A stretch of DNA of 64,000 bases from an uncultured beta proteobacterium (GCA_947084915.1 CAMTUN010000030.1:17395-81394); one strand, 5' to 3'. Positions 11,731-22,714 are shown, counted from the first letter of the stretch. The notes: a model not told the origin generated them from the letters alone. Translations and numbers: made by a program.

Positions 11731-12121
11731 CGCGCGCGCTCTTCATCAACATCACGCCATCGCGGCCTCCCGAAACAGCCCGGGTCACCAGCATTTCCAT
11801 GTCCTTTTCACGATACGTCAGGGCGCGCAGCAGCATCGGCAGATTCACCCCGGCCACGCCCTCGACATGGCCGGGCTGCAGCAGCTTCAGCGCGATATTG
11901 CTCGGCGTGGCTCCGAAGATATCGGTGAGCAGCAGCACACCCTCCCCCGTATCGACCAGCTTCATCATGTCCTGCGCCAGGGGAAAAACGTCGAGAGGAT
12001 CGTCCTGACCGGAGACGCCGAGCTGCACGATCTGTAGCGGGCGCTTGTTCAGCACGTGACAGGCGCACTGGACAAGCGATTCGCCCAGGCTGCCGTGGGT
12101 AATGAGGAAAATGCCGATCAT
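11717..12121 (-). CDS. PTS mannose/fructose-type EIIA component
   Basis: ITHG, LTDIFGATPSN, GVNLPML. Confidence 0.92.
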   Translation of the reverse strand: MIGIFLITHGSLGESLVQCACHVLNKRPLQIVQLGVSGQDDPLDVFPLAQDMMKLVDTGEGVLLLTDIFGATPSNIALKLLQPGHVEGVAGVNLPMLLRALTYREKDMEMLVTRAVSGGRDGVMLMKSARDAPG

Positions 12122-12175
12122 GTTTGCGCGCCGGAAACTGCTTCGATTGTAACCGAAGCCGCGCGCGCGATCAGA

Positions 12176-12361
12176 TCAGCGAAAGAGAAAGAAGATGAAA
12201 GTCAGCCCCGCCAGAACGGCGAGCGCGAGTGCGATGCGTTGCGCCAGGCGGGCATTGTCGGCTTCCTGCGCCAGATCGGCATCGACCAGGCGCCGCAAGC
12301 GACGCAGGACATCCAGGCCAATCCGGCGGCGCACCATGCTATCGACGTATTCCCGGCTCAT
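12176..12361 (-). CDS. Small membrane-anchored hypothetical protein
   Basis: 61 aa with a C-terminal TM; start overlaps the apbE stop (ATGA). Confidence 0.65.
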   Translation of the reverse strand: MSREYVDSMVRRRIGLDVLRRLRRLVDADLAQEADNARLAQRIALALAVLAGLTFIFFLFR

Positions 12362-13467
12362 GGCTCACTCTCGATGGTAATGTCGGATGCCAGAATTGTA
12401 AGCCGCTCGCGAAACGCCGCCGTGACGTGCATCACGCCACCACCGTCGATGCGCAGCGCATGCGCCACGCCGAGGCGCTGCGCCAGGCCGCGCCACTCCC
12501 CGGCGCCGGCGATGAACAGGGGCTTGCTGGCCGCATCCGACAGGGCGCCGGCGCCCCGAAGGAAGTGCCCTTGGGATGCGCCGGCGCGCGGCGGGATCAG
12601 CACGGTGACGGCCTGCACGCCCTCGGCCGGACGGCCGCTGCGCGGGTCAAGCAGGTGGCAATAGCGCCGGCCATCAAGCTCGAAATAGCGCTGGTAGTCG
12701 CCAGAGGTTCCGATGGCCTCGCCGTCGCGCAGTTCCAGGGTGGCCAGCGGCGCGGCGGCGCGCGGATGCTGGATGCCGACGCGCCAGGGCTGACTGCCCT
12801 TGGCGCCCAGCGCCATGACATTGCCGCCGATGTTGATCAGGGCGTTCTTCACGCCCCGCCCACGCAGGATGTCCACCGCCCGATCCAGCGCGTACCCTTT
12901 GGCATATCCGCCCAGGTCGAGTTGCACGGCGCGGCTCGCGCTCGCCACGAGGTTCTTTGCGAACGTCAAATCGGCCATGCTCGGCCGCGACTTCAACACC
13001 GCCTCGAGCGTAGCCGCATCCGGCAGCACCGGCTTGAATTCGTCGGAGTGGAAACCCCACAGCGCCACCAGCCTGCCGATAGCGGGATTGAACAGCTGTT
13101 CGGAGCGCGCCGCAATGTCCGCAGCGTCCTGGAGGATGAAAGTCAGCTCCTGCGATACGGCGATGTCGCGCTCGCCGCGCGCAATCGCCTCGTTGAGGGC
13201 GGTCAACTCGGAGGGCTGCCAGGCATGCAGGGTGCGATGCAGGCGGTCGAACTCGGCGAGCACGGCCCCCATCGCCTGCTTCGCCTGCTCGGCGGACTCG
13301 CCCCACACAGACACCTCGACGCGGGTGCCGAAGACGAAGGCCTCGCGCTGGTGGAGTTGCGGCGCCCTGGAGCAGCCGGCCAGGAAAACCATTAACCACA
13401 GAGACACAGAGGCACGGAGAAATACGGAAACGGCTGGCCTTGCCTGCCAACTTCTATCACCTGCCAT
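12358..13467 (-). CDS. apbE: FAD:protein FMN transferase (ApbE lipoprotein)
   Basis: Lipobox LAGC, FGTRV, DLGGYAKGYALD, GTSGDYQRY, HLLDPRSG; start placed at MAGDRS overlapping the gshB end; carries a 9-aa insert ASQGHFLRG. Confidence 0.92.
   Translation of the reverse strand: MAGDRSWQARPAVSVFLRASVSLWLMVFLAGCSRAPQLHQREAFVFGTRVEVSVWGESAEQAKQAMGAVLAEFDRLHRTLHAWQPSELTALNEAIARGERDIAVSQELTFILQDAADIAARSEQLFNPAIGRLVALWGFHSDEFKPVLPDAATLEAVLKSRPSMADLTFAKNLVASASRAVQLDLGGYAKGYALDRAVDILRGRGVKNALINIGGNVMALGAKGSQPWRVGIQHPRAAAPLATLELRDGEAIGTSGDYQRYFELDGRRYCHLLDPRSGRPAEGVQAVTVLIPPRAGASQGHFLRGAGALSDAASKPLFIAGAGEWRGLAQRLGVAHALRIDGGGVMHVTAAFRERLTILASDITIESEP
12551..12579 (-). repeat. 27-nt micro-insertion (element C) in-frame in apbE
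   Basis: GCATCCCAAGGGCACTTCCTTCGGGGCGC, near-identical to the copies at 7632, 7708 and 41890. Confidence 0.85.
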
Positions 13468-14404
13468 GCACGGCCTTTTCCAGTGCATCGATGAACATGC
13501 CTGCGACATTGAAGCCGGACTGCTGCGTGATCTCGACGAAGCAGGTCGGGCTGGTGACGTTGATCTCGGTGAGGCAGTCGCCGATGACGTCGATGCCGGC
13601 CAGCAAGATGCCGCGTCGATGCAGGATCGGCGCAAGATGCTCGGCGATTTCGCGGTCGCGGGCGCCGAGCGGCTGCGCCACGCCGCTGCCGCCGGCGGCG
13701 AGGTTGCCGCGCGTCTCGCCCGGCTTCGGGATGCGCGCCAGCGCGAAGGGCACGACTTCGCCCCCGATCAGCAGGATGCGCTTGTCGCCCTGCGCAATGG
13801 CCGGCAGAAAGCGCTGGGCCATGATGGTGCGCGCACCATGGTCGGTCAGCGTCTCGACGATGACGTTGCGATTGGGATCATCGCGCCGCACGCGGAATAT
13901 CTGGCTGCCCCCCATGCCGTCGAGGGGTTTCAGGATGACGTCGCCCACCGACTCGATGAAAGCCTGCAGCGTCTCCGGCGCTCGCGCCACCAGGGTTTGC
14001 GGGATGAACTGCGGGAATTCCAGGATGGCCAGCTTCTCGGACATGTCGCGCACGGCGCGCGGATCGTTGAAGATGCGGGCGCCGCCGGCCTGCGCTCGCT
14101 CCAGCAGCCAGGTGGCGGCAACGTATTCCATATCGAAGGGCGGGTCCTGCCGCATCACCGCGGCATCGAAAGCCCTGAGCGGCACGTCCTCAGGCGCCTG
14201 CGCCTCGAACCAGTCATGATGATCCTCCCGCACCGTCAGGCGCGAGGCTTCCGCATGCACGGCGCCATCACGCCAGGCCAGGGCCGGGCGCATGATCGCA
14301 CAGACCTCATGGCCGCGTCGCTGCGCCTCGCGCATCATGGCGACGCTGGAATCCTTGTAGGCCTTGATGTGGTCGAGCGGGTCGAGGATGAAGGCAAATT
14401 TCAT
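13457..14404 (-). CDS. gshB: Glutathione synthetase
   Basis: KDSSVAMMREAQRRG, MRQDPPFDMEY, KPLDGMGG, RGNLAAGG, EINVTSPT. Confidence 0.97.
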   Translation of the reverse strand: MKFAFILDPLDHIKAYKDSSVAMMREAQRRGHEVCAIMRPALAWRDGAVHAEASRLTVREDHHDWFEAQAPEDVPLRAFDAAVMRQDPPFDMEYVAATWLLERAQAGGARIFNDPRAVRDMSEKLAILEFPQFIPQTLVARAPETLQAFIESVGDVILKPLDGMGGSQIFRVRRDDPNRNVIVETLTDHGARTIMAQRFLPAIAQGDKRILLIGGEVVPFALARIPKPGETRGNLAAGGSGVAQPLGARDREIAEHLAPILHRRGILLAGIDVIGDCLTEINVTSPTCFVEITQQSGFNVAGMFIDALEKAVHGR

Positions 14405-14412
14405 GTGTGCTG

Positions 14413-14479
14413 GTCATTCCCGCGGAAGCGGAAATCCAGTCGTATTGGATGCATGGATTCCCGCGTTCGCGGGAATGAC
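14413..14479. repeat. dRS3-like palindromic repeat pair (GTCATTCCCGC...GCGGGAATGAC)
   Basis: Two ATTCCC-N8-GG(A/G)AAT units in inverted arrangement between gshA and gshB. Confidence 0.85.
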
Positions 14480-14496
14480 GGATTGCGTACCGGGAC

Positions 14497-15786
14497 TCAT
14501 GCTATTTCCAGCGCCGGCGCCGTCAGTTCCAGTTCGACGGCAGCCGCCCACAGGGCCAGGCGCGCCACCACGCCGTAGGCGAAGAAGCGGTTGGGCGCGT
14601 CGTCGGGCGCGCCGCCGGGATCGGGCAGGCTGCAGCCGTAGTCGAAGGCCAGCGGCTGGAAACGCATGCCGGGTGCGTTGAGGTTCTCGTCGCGGCCGCG
14701 TTCGGTATGCAAGCGATAGAAGCCGCCCACGACGTAGCGGTCGATCATGTACACCACCGGCTCGGCGGTGCCGCCCTCAATGGTCTCGTGGGTATACACG
14801 CCCTCCTGGATGATGACCTCGGTGACCTGGAGGCCCTCCTTGCCCACTGCCATCTTGTTGCGCTGCTTGCGGTTCAGGCCGCGCACTTCCGAGGCATCGC
14901 GCACCGTCATGATGCCCATGCCGTAGGTGCCGGCATCGGCCTTGACGATGGCGAAAGGCTGTTCCTTCACGCCGTACTGGGCATATTTCGCCTTGACCCG
15001 GGTCAGCACGGCATCGACGTTGGTGGCGAGGCACTCCTCGCCCTGGCGATCCTGGAAATTCACCTTGCCGCACACCGCGAAATCGGGGTTGATAAGCCAG
15101 GGATCGATGCCCATCGCCTGCGCGAAGTCGCCCACCACGCGATCGTAGGCGGCGAAGTGGCGGGATTTGCGGCGAATATGCCAGCCGGCATGCAGCGGCG
15201 GAATCACCGTCTGCTCATGCAGGTCCTTGAGGATTTCCGGCACACCGGCGGACAGGTCGTTGTTGAGCAGGATGGCGCAGGGATCGAAGTCCTCCAGGCC
15301 GAGGCGGCCGTTGAGGCGCTTGAGGGGTTCGAGCAACAGCGTCTGCCCGTCCGGCAGCGCCAGCGGCGTCGGCGCCTGGATGTCCGGTATGAGTGTGCCG
15401 ATGCGCACATTGAGGCCGGTGCGGTTGAGGATGGTCGCCAGGGTCGCCACGTTCATCAGGTAGAACTGGTTGCGTGTGTGGTTCTCCGGGATGAGCAGCA
15501 GGTTCTTCGCCTCGGGACAGATCTTCTCGATGGCCGTCATCGCCGCCTGCACGCACAGCGGCAGGAAAGCCGGGTTGAGGTTGTTGAAGCCGCCCGGAAA
15601 GAGGTTGGTGTCCACCGGCGCCAGCTTGAAGCCGGCATTGCGCAGATCGACCGAGCAGTAGAAAGGCGGCGTGTGTTCCTGCCACTGGGCGCGGAACCAC
15701 TGCTCGATATCCGTGGCGCGATCGAGAAAGGTCCGCTCGAGTTCGAGCAGCGGGCCGGTGAGGGCGGTCGTCAGTCGTGGCACCAT
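14497..15786 (-). CDS. gshA: Glutamate-cysteine ligase (betaproteobacterial type)
   Basis: MVPRLTTAL, SVDLRNAGFKLAPVDTNLFPGGFNNL, KADAGTYGMG; upstream of gshB. Confidence 0.95.
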   Translation of the reverse strand: MVPRLTTALTGPLLELERTFLDRATDIEQWFRAQWQEHTPPFYCSVDLRNAGFKLAPVDTNLFPGGFNNLNPAFLPLCVQAAMTAIEKICPEAKNLLLIPENHTRNQFYLMNVATLATILNRTGLNVRIGTLIPDIQAPTPLALPDGQTLLLEPLKRLNGRLGLEDFDPCAILLNNDLSAGVPEILKDLHEQTVIPPLHAGWHIRRKSRHFAAYDRVVGDFAQAMGIDPWLINPDFAVCGKVNFQDRQGEECLATNVDAVLTRVKAKYAQYGVKEQPFAIVKADAGTYGMGIMTVRDASEVRGLNRKQRNKMAVGKEGLQVTEVIIQEGVYTHETIEGGTAEPVVYMIDRYVVGGFYRLHTERGRDENLNAPGMRFQPLAFDYGCSLPDPGGAPDDAPNRFFAYGVVARLALWAAAVELELTAPALEIA

Positions 15787-15793
15787 GGCGCGG

Positions 15794-16966
15794 TTATAAC
15801 AGAGGTCGCGCCGCGTAGGGGGCAAAATCCTCCGGCAGCAGCGCATGCGCCAGGCTGCGCTGGGCGAAGAGGAAGCGGCCGTCGCAGACGAAGCCCAGCT
15901 CGGCCCAATCGACATCATTGAGCATGTCGCGCAGGCGATCGAGGTCGGCGCTGTGGTGGCGGTGGAGGAACAGCGCCAGAATCGAGCCGTCGTAGTTGCG
16001 GCAGTCGTTCAGGAAAAAGGGGCGTAGGTTGCGCGTCTTCTGGTTGACGTAGATGCGCGGCGCCTCCGACACATGATGGCGCCGCCCCCATTTCCACCAG
16101 TTCGACTCGTCGAACTTCGTCACCCGCCGCGCCAGCAGGCGTTCCTTGAACGGCTCCAGATAAGCGATCGGCCCCTCGCGCTCGAGATGGATCATGCGGC
16201 GCAGCTCGCCGGTCTGCGCCGTTCTCGAGCAGACGAAGTCGGCATTGCCCAATTCAGCGTGGGCGAAGATCTCATCGGCGCCGGACACCGCGCCGACCTT
16301 CACCGCAAACACGCTGGAGAGCGGCACGCTGTAGATGCCGCGAGTGAGCAGGATCTGCCCGCCGGCCAGCACCATGCGCCGTCCGTCCCGCGTGCGCCGT
16401 GTCATGTTGCCCTTCTCGAAGCGCCAGATGGCGCAGTTGGGCACGACACCCTCGAAAATCCGCGCATCGCCCAGCTCCTGGAAATCCGTCAATGTGCCCT
16501 GGTCGTAGAGCCAGGTGTTGAGCCGCGCGCTGCCGGTCGCCTTGAGGAAATCGCGCGGCGTGATGAAGATCAGCTCGCCGCCCGGTTTGAGGTGGCGCAC
16601 GCACTTCTCGATGAAGTGGAGATACAGATTGCTGTGGCCGTTGAGCAGGCGCGAGTGCAACTGCCGGCGGGTGCCGGGCTGGATGTCGCGCGCCTTGACG
16701 TAGGGCGGATTGCCGATGATGGTGTCGAACTGCTCCTTTTCCGGGTAGGCGAAGAAGTCCATGTTGAGCGCGCCCGCCGGGCAATGCAGCGTATCCAGCT
16801 CGATGGCGATGCTGCCGGGCAGCCGCGCGGAGAAGGCGCCGTCGCCGCAGGCCGGCTCCAGCACGCGCCCACGGTTGCGGCGCAGGGCCAGCATGGTTTC
16901 GACGACGGACGGCGGCGTGAATACCTGGCCGTGGCGGGTGATGTCGCGCGATTCGCCTTCGCTCAT
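15794..16966 (-). CDS. Orphan N6-adenine DNA methyltransferase (gamma-type, Eco57I/TaqI-like)
   Basis: GQVFTP, motif I LEPACGDGAF, motif IV IIGNPPY, NLYLHFIEK; C-terminal TRD-like region. Confidence 0.88.
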   Translation of the reverse strand: MSEGESRDITRHGQVFTPPSVVETMLALRRNRGRVLEPACGDGAFSARLPGSIAIELDTLHCPAGALNMDFFAYPEKEQFDTIIGNPPYVKARDIQPGTRRQLHSRLLNGHSNLYLHFIEKCVRHLKPGGELIFITPRDFLKATGSARLNTWLYDQGTLTDFQELGDARIFEGVVPNCAIWRFEKGNMTRRTRDGRRMVLAGGQILLTRGIYSVPLSSVFAVKVGAVSGADEIFAHAELGNADFVCSRTAQTGELRRMIHLEREGPIAYLEPFKERLLARRVTKFDESNWWKWGRRHHVSEAPRIYVNQKTRNLRPFFLNDCRNYDGSILALFLHRHHSADLDRLRDMLNDVDWAELGFVCDGRFLFAQRSLAHALLPEDFAPYAARPLL

Positions 16967-17048
16967 GGACTATTCAGTAGAATAAAAAGCGGCGCAGGAC
17001 TGCGCCACGCATCGGAAACAGGACGATTTCTTGACGGCAAATCTTAAC

Positions 17049-17615
17049 ATGCAGCCCGGTAACTTCGGCCGCTTCTGCGCCGCCCTTCTCAAGCTGTTTG
17101 GCTGGCGTGTGATATTCGTCCCGCCAAGCATGCCGAAGGCGGTGGTGATCGTCTATCCGCACACGTCGAACTGGGATTTCATCGTCGGCATCCTGGCCCG
17201 ATTCGCCGTTGCCATTCCGGTTCATTTTGTCGGCAAGGACACTCTGTTTCGCTGGCCCTTCGGCGCCCTTTTTCGGCGCCTGGGCGGCATCCCAGTCAAT
17301 CGACGCCAGAGCAGCGGTTTCGTCGACGCTCTCATCGAGGCCTTCGACAAGGCCGACACCCTGTATCTGGCCATTGCGCCTGAGGGGACGCGCTCGAAGG
17401 TTAGATACTGGAAATCCGGCTTCTACCGCGTTGCGCTGGCAGCAAACGTGCCGCTGGGCCTGGCCTTCATCGACTATTCGCGGAACGAGGTCGGCATCGA
17501 CACCTGGCTGTCGCTGAGCGGAAACGAAGCGGAGGATCTGGCGGGAATTCGCGCCTTTTATTCGGCCAAGCGGGGCAAGCGACCCGAAAAGGAGGGAGAA
17601 ATTCGTTTCAGGTAA
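17049..17615 (+). CDS. 1-acyl-glycerol-3-phosphate acyltransferase family protein
   Basis: PHTSNWD, GGIPVNR, APEGTRS. Confidence 0.92.
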   Translation: MQPGNFGRFCAALLKLFGWRVIFVPPSMPKAVVIVYPHTSNWDFIVGILARFAVAIPVHFVGKDTLFRWPFGALFRRLGGIPVNRRQSSGFVDALIEAFDKADTLYLAIAPEGTRSKVRYWKSGFYRVALAANVPLGLAFIDYSRNEVGIDTWLSLSGNEAEDLAGIRAFYSAKRGKRPEKEGEIRFR

Positions 17616-17621
17616 CCTGCC

Positions 17622-18284
17622 TTACCTGCCTTGCTGCCGAGCATTCTCCAGTTGCCGAGCCCGCTCCTCGGCGCGCTTCAGGTCCTTCTTCTCCAGTTCG
17701 AGCGCTTTTTGTTCGGCTTTTTCCTCCTTCTTCCTGCGCGCCTCGAGTTTTTCCTGGCGCTGCCGCTCTTGTACCCTGGCACGCGCGCTGCCCTCTTCGG
17801 CCTTTTTTATCCGGGCCGCTTCTTTTTCCTCGCGGTTCTGCTGCTGTTCGGCTGTCTTTGTCTTCTCCTTGGCGATTTTTATCTCGGTCTCGGCACGCTT
17901 TTTCGGCGCCTCTTCGACCTGTTTGGCCCGTTTGGTGACTTTGTCGCGCTCGCGCACCTCACGTTCGATCCGCTTAGCTTCGAGGTTCAGTTTGCGCGCC
18001 GAGGTTTTGCTCTTGAGATACTCCCCTCGGGCATCGTTCAGGCAACTGGAGACCAGGGTTTTCTTCCAGCAGGCGGCATCCGCTTCCTTCTGCTTCTTCT
18101 CCGCCTCATCCAGGATCTTCGAGGACTCCGCCTTGAGCGAGTCAGCCCGATCGAGCAGTTGCTGCCGCTCTTCCGGCGTAATAGTGGATGGGGTAGATGG
18201 AGTAGTTGGGGCTGCTGGAGCAGGATTTTCCGCCCAGGCGGAATGGGCGATCAGGCAGAAAAACGGGATCAGCAGGCGCTTCAT
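17622..18284 (-). CDS. Exported charged coiled-coil protein (TolA-like composition)
   Basis: Signal peptide MKRLLIPFFCLIAHSAWA, CWKKTLVSSC pair, E/K/A/R-rich tail. Confidence 0.75.
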   Translation of the reverse strand: MKRLLIPFFCLIAHSAWAENPAPAAPTTPSTPSTITPEERQQLLDRADSLKAESSKILDEAEKKQKEADAACWKKTLVSSCLNDARGEYLKSKTSARKLNLEAKRIEREVRERDKVTKRAKQVEEAPKKRAETEIKIAKEKTKTAEQQQNREEKEAARIKKAEEGSARARVQERQRQEKLEARRKKEEKAEQKALELEKKDLKRAEERARQLENARQQGR

Positions 18285-18369
18285 GTCGGTCTCGGGGCTG
18301 AAAGGTTGCGTACAAGTACAATAACGCTTTTCCCCCGTCGCCGGTTGAACGCTCCGGCCAGTATTCCTC

Positions 18370-20274
<1,905 letters not shown>

Positions 20275-20341
20275 GGAATGAATCTCCGCTAGAATCAAGG
20301 CACTTATTCCTCAGCAAGCCCTTACAGCCGAAGCCGAGATC

Positions 20342-21202
20342 ATGCACCCGCAACGCCGCTATACCCTGACCGCTTCCTGTCCCGACCGCGTCGGCATCGT
20401 CGCCACGGTCGCCACCTTCATCGCCGAGAACCAGGGATGGATTCTCGAGACCAGCCACCACGCCGACGAGGACAGCAAGCGCTACTTCATGCGCATCGAG
20501 ATGAAGGCCGACTCGCTGCCCTTCGATCTCACCGAATTCCGCCGCCGCTTCCAGCCGATCGCCGCCGAGTTCAAGATGGACTGGCGCATCGCCGATTCCG
20601 CGGTGAGGAAGCGCCTCGTCGTGCTCGTCTCCAAGCAGGAGCACTGCCTCTACGACCTGCTGGCGCGCTGGCAGTCGAAGGAACTCGACGTCGACATCCC
20701 CTGCGTGATTTCCAACCACGAGACCTTCCGCGGCTTCGTCGAATGGCACGGCATCCCCTTCCACCACGTGCCGGTGACGGCTGCGAACAAGACGTCGGCG
20801 AACGCCGAAATCGCCCGGCTGTTCGAGGGGGCGCGCGGCGACGTCATGGTGCTGGCGCGCTACATGCAGATCATCCCGGCCGAGCTATGCGAGAAACTGC
20901 CGGGGCGCATCATCAACATCCACCACTCCTTCCTGCCGTCCTTCGTCGGCGCCAAGCCCTACCACCAGGCCCACCTGCGCGGCGTCAAGCTGATCGGCGC
21001 CACCTGCCACTTCGTCACATCCGAACTCGACGCCGGCCCCATCATCGAACAGGACACGGTGCGCATCGACCACGGCGACACGGTGGAGGACCTGGTGCGC
21101 TACGGCAAGGACATCGAGAAGGCGGTACTGGCGCGCGGCTTGCGCTACCACGTCGAGGACCGCGTCCTGCTCAACGGCAACCGCACGGTGGTGTTCCGCT
21201 AA
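20342..21202 (+). CDS. purU: Formyltetrahydrofolate deformylase
   Basis: N-terminal ACT (SCPDRVGIVA), LARYMQI, INIHHSFLP, GPIIEQD. Confidence 0.97.
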   Translation: MHPQRRYTLTASCPDRVGIVATVATFIAENQGWILETSHHADEDSKRYFMRIEMKADSLPFDLTEFRRRFQPIAAEFKMDWRIADSAVRKRLVVLVSKQEHCLYDLLARWQSKELDVDIPCVISNHETFRGFVEWHGIPFHHVPVTAANKTSANAEIARLFEGARGDVMVLARYMQIIPAELCEKLPGRIINIHHSFLPSFVGAKPYHQAHLRGVKLIGATCHFVTSELDAGPIIEQDTVRIDHGDTVEDLVRYGKDIEKAVLARGLRYHVEDRVLLNGNRTVVFR

Positions 21203-21210
21203 TAATCAAT

Positions 21211-22243
21211 CCTGATTACCAATGACCCTCAGCCAACTTTACGAGCCGGTACGGCATAGGCGGCGTGTGCGCGGCGGCGGTGGCCAGCCGGGCGAGCATG
21301 CTTGCCAGATCGAATCGTCGGTTGAAACGATAGCTGAACTCGGCCAGATAGCGCGGCAGATGCTTCGCGCGGATCGCGTGATAGGTGCCGTGGATTGCGT
21401 TCTTCACATTGCCCAGCATGGTATCGACCCAGTTGAGGGCGAGCCTGCGGCGGGCTATCCCCGGCCCGCTCATGACGGTCGGCGCATGATTGCAACCGGC
21501 CGCAGCCACAGCGCCGAAACAGGCCAGGCCATCCGAATGAACCCTTGTGCCGGACACCAGCTTCGCCTGACTCCAGCGGGCGATCTCCTTCAGGCGGAAG
21601 CCCTTGACGCAATTCAGACTCATGCGGCGCGGATGTCCCGCCGCATCGGTTTCCACCGCCGCCACGAAGGGCCGCTTGCCGCGTGTGCCGCGCCCGCGCT
21701 TGCCACCCCTGCGCCGGCCGCCCCAGTAGGCGTCGTCGAGTTGCACCAGGCCCCGCAGTTGCCGGCCGGCGTCACGCTCCAGCATTGCCTGCATGAGCTT
21801 GTGCTTCATGAGCCAGGCGCTGTTCTGGGAAATCGCCAGTTGGCGAGACAGTTCCAGCGACGAGATGCCGTTCTTGGCCTGGGTAATCAGATGCATGGCC
21901 AGAAACCAGACGTTGAGGGCCAGCTTGGAGCCGGCGAAGATCGTTCCGGCCGTAACCGATGTCTGCCTGCGACAACTGTTGCACTGGATCAGCCGACGGC
22001 CCTTGAGAGCGCAGAAGCCCTTGTGCCCGCACTCGGGGCAGACGAACCCCTGCGGCCAGCGCCAGGCAAAGAGCGCCTGTTCGCATTGTTCCGTCGTTCC
22101 GTACCTGTCCATGAATTCGCGCAAACCCATGCTCCGCTGAAATTGCACCTTGTTCTTCGGCATCGCTTATCTCCTTGGAAAATCAAGCGATGCCAGTTTG
22201 CTACCCCCTCTGGCTCACTGGCTGAGGATCATTGGTAATCAGG
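21211..22243 (-). mobile_element. IS1595-family insertion sequence (1033 bp)
   Basis: 25-bp terminal IRs CCTGATTACCAATGA(C/T)CCTCAGCCA with 1 mismatch; no target duplication visible. Confidence 0.93.
21216..22163 (-). CDS. IS1595-family transposase
   Basis: N-terminal zinc ribbon (CPECGH..CNSC), HTH, VQLDDAYWGG, HSDG, RYLAEFSYRFNRR. Confidence 0.95.
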   Translation of the reverse strand: MPKNKVQFQRSMGLREFMDRYGTTEQCEQALFAWRWPQGFVCPECGHKGFCALKGRRLIQCNSCRRQTSVTAGTIFAGSKLALNVWFLAMHLITQAKNGISSLELSRQLAISQNSAWLMKHKLMQAMLERDAGRQLRGLVQLDDAYWGGRRRGGKRGRGTRGKRPFVAAVETDAAGHPRRMSLNCVKGFRLKEIARWSQAKLVSGTRVHSDGLACFGAVAAAGCNHAPTVMSGPGIARRRLALNWVDTMLGNVKNAIHGTYHAIRAKHLPRYLAEFSYRFNRRFDLASMLARLATAAAHTPPMPYRLVKLAEGHW

Positions 22244-22308
22244 TTCGCGTTTGCTTCGTCTGGGCCGAGGATGACGTGAGGGATGTCGAGATCGTCGATT
22301 ACCACTGA
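22244..22308 (+). pseudogene. higB: 3' remnant of HigB (RelE/ParE-type) toxin
   Basis: RVCFVWAEDDVRDVEIVDYH* directly upstream of higA; 5' portion absent. Confidence 0.8.
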
Positions 22309-22320
22309 AGGAAAGACTAT

Positions 22321-22632
22321 ATGCGAACTCCTGCTCCGAAGAATGGCATGCGGCCGGTACACCCCGGCGAGATCCTGCGCGAGGACTACCTGAAGCCGCT
22401 GGAAATGAGCGCCAATGCACTGGCCAAGGCCTTGCGCGTACCCGCCTCCCGCATCAACGACATCGTGCTGGGGCGCAGGGGCGTCACTGTGGATACTGCC
22501 ATGCGGCTGGTACGCTATTTCGGCGGCGACGTGCAGAGCTGGATGAACCTCCAGGTCGCCTACGAGATCAGGACGGCCGAGAAAACCCTGACCAGGAAAG
22601 TGAAAAAGGAAGTTTCACCCTTCGCCGCATAG
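22321..22632 (+). CDS. higA: HigA-family antitoxin
   Basis: PVHPGEILREDYL, HTH, DTAMRL..YFG, WMNLQ. Confidence 0.92.
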   Translation: MRTPAPKNGMRPVHPGEILREDYLKPLEMSANALAKALRVPASRINDIVLGRRGVTVDTAMRLVRYFGGDVQSWMNLQVAYEIRTAEKTLTRKVKKEVSPFAA

Positions 22633-22714
22633 ACAATACGCGCCGAAGGCGCTTATTGCGGCATAGGCTAACTTGCAACGCAAGTTAAGGCCGCGCATGC
22701 GGCCGGCCGGAGGC

